Assembly: GCA_039589315.1 (NCBI GenBank)
Contig: JBDHHQ010000139.1
Location: 1 to 10,510, forward strand
DNA: 10,510 bases
Direction: 5' to 3'
Source: Gemmatimonadota bacterium
GTDB taxonomy: Bacteria; Gemmatimonadota; Gemmatimonadetes; Longimicrobiales; Gaopeijiaceae
The notes beneath the pieces were generated by a model. It made no database searches. It was not told where the DNA came from and saw nothing but the letters and a program-made list of their open reading frames with translations. A program made the position numbers and the translations under genes. Within the stretch, counting starts at the first letter, position 1. Each line of letters opens with the position of its first letter. Below, one piece after another: positions 7,101 through 10,510 of this stretch.

Positions 7101-9106
7101 TTCGCGGATTCCGTGATGTCGAACGTCATCGACGCGTCCAGGCTACCGAACGTCTGCATGGCAGTCGCCGCCGGCGCGCCGGTCGTGTTCAGCGTGAAGT
7201 TGCCCAGATCGCCAGTGAAGTCGAAGCTCCCGTCGGCGCCCGAGTTCTTGACCACCTTGAGCGAACCGGGCTTGACCGTGTTCGTGAACGTACAGGTGGT
7301 GGTCTTGCCGCCCTCGATCACGATGCCCGTGACGGACGTGCCGCCCGGCGTGCCCGTGGGTCCGCCGCCCTCGAGCACGCACGAAGCGCTCCCGAAGTTG
7401 AACTCGGGATTGAGCGTCTCAGTCACGCTATAGGTCACGTTCGGGTTGAGCGACCCGAACGTCTGCATCGCCGTCGACGGGCCTCCGCCCACGGTGTTGA
7501 GCGTGAAGGCGCCCAGGTCACTGGTAAAGTCGAAGCCCCCGTTGACATCCGAGTTCTTGACCACCTTGAGCGAACCCAGCTTCTGCATGTTGGTGAACGT
7601 GCAGGTCGTGGTCTTGCCCGGCTCGATGTCGATGCCCGTGACGGATGGGCCACCCGCGCCCGTCGCTCCGCCGCCTTGCTTGAGGCAGACCGCACTGACG
7701 AAGTCGAAGGCGGGATTCGGTGTCTCGGTGAGGTCGACGTCAACTGTGGCGTCCAGACCGCTGAACGTCTGCATGTCCGTCGCCGCCGGCTGGCCCGTGG
7801 TGTTGAGCTGGAATGCGCCGATGCCGCTGGTTGCGCTGAAGTCGAAGCTGCCGTCGGCGTCGGAGTTCTTGATCACCTTGAGCGCGCCCGGCTTCTGTGC
7901 GTTGACGAACGTGCAGGTGGTCGTCTTGCCCGGCTCGACCACGATGCCCGTGACCGCTGACCCGCCGGAGCCTGTGCCCCCGCCACCCTCCAGTAAGCAG
8001 GTCGCGCTCACGAAGTCGAAGTCGGGATTGAGCGTCTCGCTGACGTCATACGTGGTGGTGACGAGCAGACTGAAGCTCTGCATGCCCGTGGCTACCGGCG
8101 CGCCCGCGGTGCTGATCTGGAAGGCGCCGCCGATTCCGCCCGAGCCCGTGAAGTCGAACGTCCCGTCCGACCCCGAGTCCTTGATCACCTTGAGCGTGCC
8201 GAGGGACGGCTTGACGATGAGTGTCTCCGAACCGGACGCCGCCCCTACTGTCGCCGTGATGGTCACGTTGGTGTTCGCCACGACCGGCGTGAGCCCGTCC
8301 GAACTGGCCGTGGTGGTGGACTGCCCCAACCCATCGGTGGGACCCGTGGTGGCCGGGTCCACATCCGCGTTGGCCGGATGGCTGCTCTCCCAGCCGACGT
8401 CCACACCGGGGAGCGGATTGGCGTACAGGTCCGTGACCGTCGCCGTGTAGGCGACCGACTCGCCCGGCGTGTCGGCGTCGAAGATCATCGCGCCCGGAGG
8501 CGTGACGACAACCGCACCCGCGATCCCCGTCTCGACCCGCCACTTGAACAGGTAGTTGTTGTCGACCACGAACCCGCTGAAGCCCGGCCCCACATCCTTC
8601 AGGTCCCTCTGCTTCGCCACAGCTTCCAGATCCACCCATCCGAGCACGACGCCGACCACGCTCAGCACCGCCCGGTAGGTCATCCCGATCTGGATGTCGC
8701 CGCCGTTCGTGCTCTGCCAGGTGACCGAATAGTCCTCCTTGTCGGCGTCGAGCCGGATGATCTCGGGGTGGGAGGCGCTGCTGAGGGTGCGGATGGCTGT
8801 GTGGGATGGATAGCCTTCGCACGCTTCGAACCCCTCACCCGTACCACCGTTGATCTTGCAGATCTCGATCGTCGGGTTGAGCGACAGGAGGTTGGGATCG
8901 AACGGGTCGTCGAAGTTCTTCTGGCTCTTCTTGACCGTCGGCGACAGCCAGTAGAAGCCGTCGACCGGGCCGCTGTTCGCACCGTCGCCGATGTCGAAGG
9001 TGACGTCGATGTCGTCGAGGGGCGGCGTGACACTGGAGTCGTTGGTGCACGTCGCGAGCAACAGCGACAGGGCCACGATGGCGATGCGTGAGGGGCGGAG
9101 GGACAT
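4109..9106 (-). CDS. Giant multidomain surface lipoprotein, adhesin-like (1665 aa): Ig-like, 5x CnaB/SpaA-like, cadherin/Big_9-like and right-handed beta-helix regions
   Basis: Start reassigned from 9199 to the ATG at 9106, giving signal MSLRPSRIAIVALSLLLAT-C20. Ig-like segment (YTATVTDLYANPLPGVDVGWESS) at about 8205-8515. Five repeats at 6656-8200. Big_9-like AIDDSY...NGSFTYEP..GFEGTDNFTYT at about 6335-6646. Then VWFID...GTFSNPFQSI...GD.I.LASGAY followed by Gly/Asn/Thr/Ile-rich beta-helix-type coils. Confidence 0.9.
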   Translation of the reverse strand: MSLRPSRIAIVALSLLLATCTNDSSVTPPLDDIDVTFDIGDGANSGPVDGFYWLSPTVKKSQKNFDDPFDPNLLSLNPTIEICKINGGTGEGFEACEGYPSHTAIRTLSSASHPEIIRLDADKEDYSVTWQSTNGGDIQIGMTYRAVLSVVGVVLGWVDLEAVAKQRDLKDVGPGFSGFVVDNNYLFKWRVETGIAGAVVVTPPGAMIFDADTPGESVAYTATVTDLYANPLPGVDVGWESSHPANADVDPATTGPTDGLGQSTTTASSDGLTPVVANTNVTITATVGAASGSETLIVKPSLGTLKVIKDSGSDGTFDFTGSGGIGGAFQISTAGAPVATGMQSFSLLVTTTYDVSETLNPDFDFVSATCLLEGGGGTGSGGSAVTGIVVEPGKTTTCTFVNAQKPGALKVIKNSDADGSFDFSATSGIGAFQLNTTGQPAATDMQTFSGLDATVDVDLTETPNPAFDFVSAVCLKQGGGATGAGGPSVTGIDIEPGKTTTCTFTNMQKLGSLKVVKNSDVNGGFDFTSDLGAFTLNTVGGGPSTAMQTFGSLNPNVTYSVTETLNPEFNFGSASCVLEGGGPTGTPGGTSVTGIVIEGGKTTTCTFTNTVKPGSLKVVKNSGADGSFDFTGDLGNFTLNTTGAPAATAMQTFGSLDASMTFDITESANVDFDFVSVACTLQGGGATGTPGASTVTGVGVEPGKTTTCTFTNQIQPGSLTVIKNSDADATFNFTGTGAVGAFALTTVGAPSSTDQTTFNSLDAAVTYDLTETLNPAFDLDLVGCTLQGGGGTGTPNATGVTGVALEAGKTTTCTFTNSLRVDAIDDSYNASGNIAIAIPDGPTDVVENNDIAPAGSVVSGVQGSSANVGVSTATTNGGSVVLLANGSFTYEPPPGFEGTDNFTYTLSNAGTTKTDAATVFISITDMVWFIDGSGTGANTGTFSNPFQSIAAFNSANNLTGAVPDPKNGDLISLASGAYNEADGINLRPDQVLIGAGVAFGPATAGIFTPAANSVAAYQTFAGGTGTAPTITASAGNGIDLATGNTVRGLDIGNTSGTGIADAGSTVGTLTIDDVSITGTGRGFEANNGGFLAVAFDELSSSNAQGIDINGTTGSFDITTGTINSGASNAVSITGAPTLTLGVTLQSVSSSGGSTTGINLSTVSGTFHVTGTGASGSGGTIANKSSTDGIRLNSTGGLVHLEDMDIQDISHPNDGSNTSTVFRSGADGIHGENVNGGLTLDGVRIRRISDNAINGSLFSDGVSATSWDGIQILNSVLELTNRFDVASRGDDQDEGIVRIRGLTGTVRIIASTIQNGARGFDVETLTGAGTMDMTVQQSVFNQIYKELPGPTVNVGIRGISVVVSGSHDGVVRIGDPAQASGALGNVFTNNATASIAVLGQTGHTGDIDVVISRNQFIVNDHLASQGTPGDFNFNFPQGGVALVPDGGTFDAIVSHNTFDQVMHAAGGFGQLTMGFDGGVSQVHVHDNTFTLPWDAALHMRADGSSAGTEVLVEDNIYNDGTVGSGSDALGGPFPSPFQGNFVTVRNGGVLDLTWRDEIMPLNDTGNGTPIPQSFRAQTQNQAGNVLNLSLTNNAAPNGYDLIQQAGTFNLFTTGSCAGPPTPQFILNTNGNTGGGGADGTSPPTVSVSGTITCTTTAPALPSITIP
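6656..8200 (-). repeat. Five tandem intragenic repeats of about 309-315 nt (about 103-105 aa)
   Basis: Each unit reads G.L(K/T)V(I/V)K.S...F.F...(T/S)E(T/S).N..F......C...GGG.TG...VTG...E.GKTTTCTF(T/V)N. The GKTTTCTF-coding DNA recurs near 6670, 6985, 7295, 7605 and 7915. Confidence 0.95.
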
Positions 9107-9314
9107 GTCTTCAAGCCTCGGCTTTGGGGACAACCAGTTGTACGTGTGAACGACCGGGGGCGGGCCGGGCCGGGAAGAGCATCCATCTGGCCGGTACACC
9201 GCGGTCGTGGCCTCGGGGAGACCACGTGACGCGCGTACTACGTATCAGGGTCGATCAGGCTGAACCGCTTCTTGCTCGGTGCGAATCCGAGATGGGGGGG
9301 CGACGAATCGCTGC

Positions 9315-9390
9315 CGCAACAGTTCACCGGTCGCACCCCATCCCGCAATAGCGATGTCGCGCAACAGTGCCGTTGCCCACGCGCAACGGT
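9315..9390. repeat. Cluster of CGCAA(C/T)(A/G)G(T/C) direct repeats, with one inverted copy, upstream of the giant gene
   Basis: cgcaacagt at 9315-9323, cgcaatagc at 9344-9352, cgcaacagt at 9360-9368, cgcaacggt at 9382-9390. Inverted ccgttgc at 9370-9376. Confidence 0.45.
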
Positions 9391-9433
9391 TCCTTGACCT
9401 CTGGCTTGCATCCGGAGGCTCACGGCCCCACGC

Positions 9434-9476
9434 AGAACAGGGCGGACAACCCGCGCAACCGGTTGCCCGCCCTTCT
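9434..9476 (-). terminator. Putative terminator hairpin downstream of tRNA-Sec
   Basis: AGGGCGGGCAACC / GGUUGUCCGCCCU forms a 13-bp stem (one G-U) with a 9-nt loop, starting 12 nt after the CCA end. It is followed by only a weak GUUCU tract. Confidence 0.6.
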
Positions 9477-9485
9477 CCCGTAAGC

Positions 9486-9582
9486 TGGCGGGAGCGTGTG
9501 GGAATCGAACCCACCTATCCGGGTTTTAGCCGGACAAGCTGGTTTTGAAGACCAGTCGAGACACCAGTCCCGATCCGCCCCC
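9486..9582 (-). tRNA. selC: tRNA-Sec (selenocysteine tRNA, anticodon UCA), 97 nt
   Basis: Folds as GGGGGCGG AT CGGGAC-TGGT-GTCTCG A CTGGT-CTTCAAA-ACCAG C TTGTCCGG-CTAAAAC-CCGGATAG GTGGG-TTCGATT-CCCAC ACGCTCCC G CCA. This gives the bacterial 8/5 acceptor/T-stem geometry, a 6-bp D-stem with 4-nt loop, UCA anticodon at 9546-9548, a long variable arm, discriminator G and an encoded CCA. Confidence 0.97.
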
Positions 9583-9593
9583 TGGGGCGGGAT

Positions 9594-9622
9594 CTTATAG
9601 CGTTCGCTTCATCCGGGAGCAA
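9594..9622 (-). promoter_or_regulatory. Putative sigma70-type promoter of selC
   Basis: -35 TTGCTC (9617-9622), 17-nt spacer, -10 TATAAG (9594-9599; an overlapping alternative is TAAGAT at 9592-9597). It lies about 11 nt upstream of the mature tRNA 5' end and is an AT-rich patch in otherwise GC-rich DNA. Confidence 0.55.
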
Positions 9623-9840
9623 CTCGTCCGGACCACTCGGCTTCGCGGCCGGCCGCCGCTCCGTCCCCTCGGCTGCCCTTGCCCTCTGGGTCCCTGGCTG
9701 TCAGGTCGCCCTGACGCCGCCAGCGGTCGCCTTGCCCCCTACGCCCCCAGCTCGAGGACCAGGACCAGCGCACCCCGGGGCGGACGTCGGTGACTCAATC
9801 GGCGCCAGCGCGTCACCGGTTCCACGAGGACCCGGCTCCC

Positions 9841-10509
9841 TCACCGGTCTCGGCGGCCAGCAGCCCGGCCAGCTCGTCGAACTCCGCCCACGTCCTCACG
9901 AGCGTCGTCCCAACGAAGCTTCCACCACCACGTCACCAGCCCACAGATGGCGGCCCCGAGACCGACGCCCAGGGCCCACCAGGTGCCGCCCAGCCACCAG
10001 GCGATCGCGGTGTACCCGGCCAGGAACGCCGGGAACGCCAGGATGACGGTGGCCAGCTTTATGGTCGACACGGCCTCGTATGCCGGGCGCATGCGCCCCA
10101 CGGCCAGCCGGGGAAGGTGGTACGGAATCCACCACAGAACGATTCCGGCCAGCGCCACCGGCATCGTGAGACCGAGGACGATGCCCTTGGTGACGATGTA
10201 CCAGAGGACCTTGCGAGTGCGGTAGCGCCGGGGGATCTCGGCGTCGCCGGCGCCCAGGACCCCGAGCAGCTTCGCGTATCGGCGTACGGCGTCGGTCACG
10301 CGGCGATGCCGCTCCGGGTCGTTGGCCCGCAGCCAGGCCAGCCCCCGGGCGAATTGCCGAAGCCGTGGCAATCGGTCGCCCAGGGACTGTCGGGTGCGCC
10401 ATGCCGTGAGCCCCTTCTCCCGCGCGTACATGCGCTCGGCGACCTCGACCAGCTCCCTGTCCTCACTCTCGGCGAAGTTGAGGGTGAGCTTCTCCAGTGC
10501 CTGGCTGAT
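9841..10509 (-). CDS. 3' part of a membrane protein, probably a PlsC-like phospholipid/glycerol acyltransferase; 5'-truncated by the window and possibly frameshifted near 9888
   Basis: The frame is open from the window edge (ISQALEKLTLNFAESEDRELVEVAERMY...). It has several transmembrane helices (LGLTMPVALAGIVLWWIPY; STIKLATVILAFPAFL; WWALGVGLGAAICGL) resembling the C-terminal membrane region of such acyltransferases. The catalytic HX4D motif is not in the window, so the product call is inferred. Confidence 0.6.
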   Translation of the reverse strand: MSQALEKLTLNFAESEDRELVEVAERMYAREKGLTAWRTRQSLGDRLPRLRQFARGLAWLRANDPERHRRVTDAVRRYAKLLGVLGAGDAEIPRRYRTRKVLWYIVTKGIVLGLTMPVALAGIVLWWIPYHLPRLAVGRMRPAYEAVSTIKLATVILAFPAFLAGYTAIAWWLGGTWWALGVGLGAAICGLVTWWWKLRWDDAREDVGGVRRAGRAAGRRDR

Positions 10510-10510
10510 C

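Noticed and set aside
6656..8200. CRISPR array or non-coding tandem repeat
   Set aside because: The period is about 310 nt, the copies are diverged and in frame, and they encode protein domains.
7446..8450. 334-aa plus-strand ORF and similar plus-strand ORFs (3839-4876, 5424-5798, 6870-7433, 8378-9091)
   Set aside because: They are antisense shadows of the GC3-biased giant gene, mirroring its repeats, with no recognisable domains.
9107..9199. 31-aa N-terminal extension of the giant ORF
   Set aside because: It would bury the signal peptide. The ATG at 9106 gives a normal 19-residue signal before Cys.
9294..9300. G7 homopolymer (also at 2111-2117) as a phase-variation tract
   Set aside because: Runs this short are expected by chance in high-GC DNA, and the coding-region run leaves the frame intact.
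9358..9372. Sigma-54 promoter-like CGGCAC...TTGC on the minus strand
   Set aside because: The GG-to-GC spacing is 7 nt rather than the required 10 nt.
9238..9793. Short ORFs overlapping the tRNA and intergenic region (9238-9423, 9245-9514, 9279-9548, 9545-9793)
   Set aside because: They overlap selC, its promoter or hairpin, or the upstream regulatory region, and lack coding-like codon bias or recognisable motifs.

Overview
High-GC bacterial DNA in which every supported gene is on the minus strand. In transcription order (right to left): the 3' part of a membrane protein resembling PlsC-type acyltransferases, with an apparent frameshift near its end; a selenocysteine tRNA gene (selC, anticodon UCA) with a plausible promoter and downstream hairpin; a 1665-aa predicted surface lipoprotein (lipobox-like signal, N-terminal domain, Ig-like domain, five ~104-aa CnaB/SpaA-like repeats, cadherin/Big_9-like domain, long beta-helix-like C-terminus); then three paralogous phage tail-collar/MdpB-family genes, a class I SAM-dependent methyltransferase-fold gene, a GNAT acetyltransferase, a hypothetical protein with a Lys/Thr/Ala-rich tail, and a DUF6916-like gene. 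The best candidate for an uncharacterised system is this module of giant surface protein, three tail-collar paralogues and modifying enzymes, which has no phage structural, lysis or integrase genes in the window. Family assignments come from motif recognition by eye, not from database searches.
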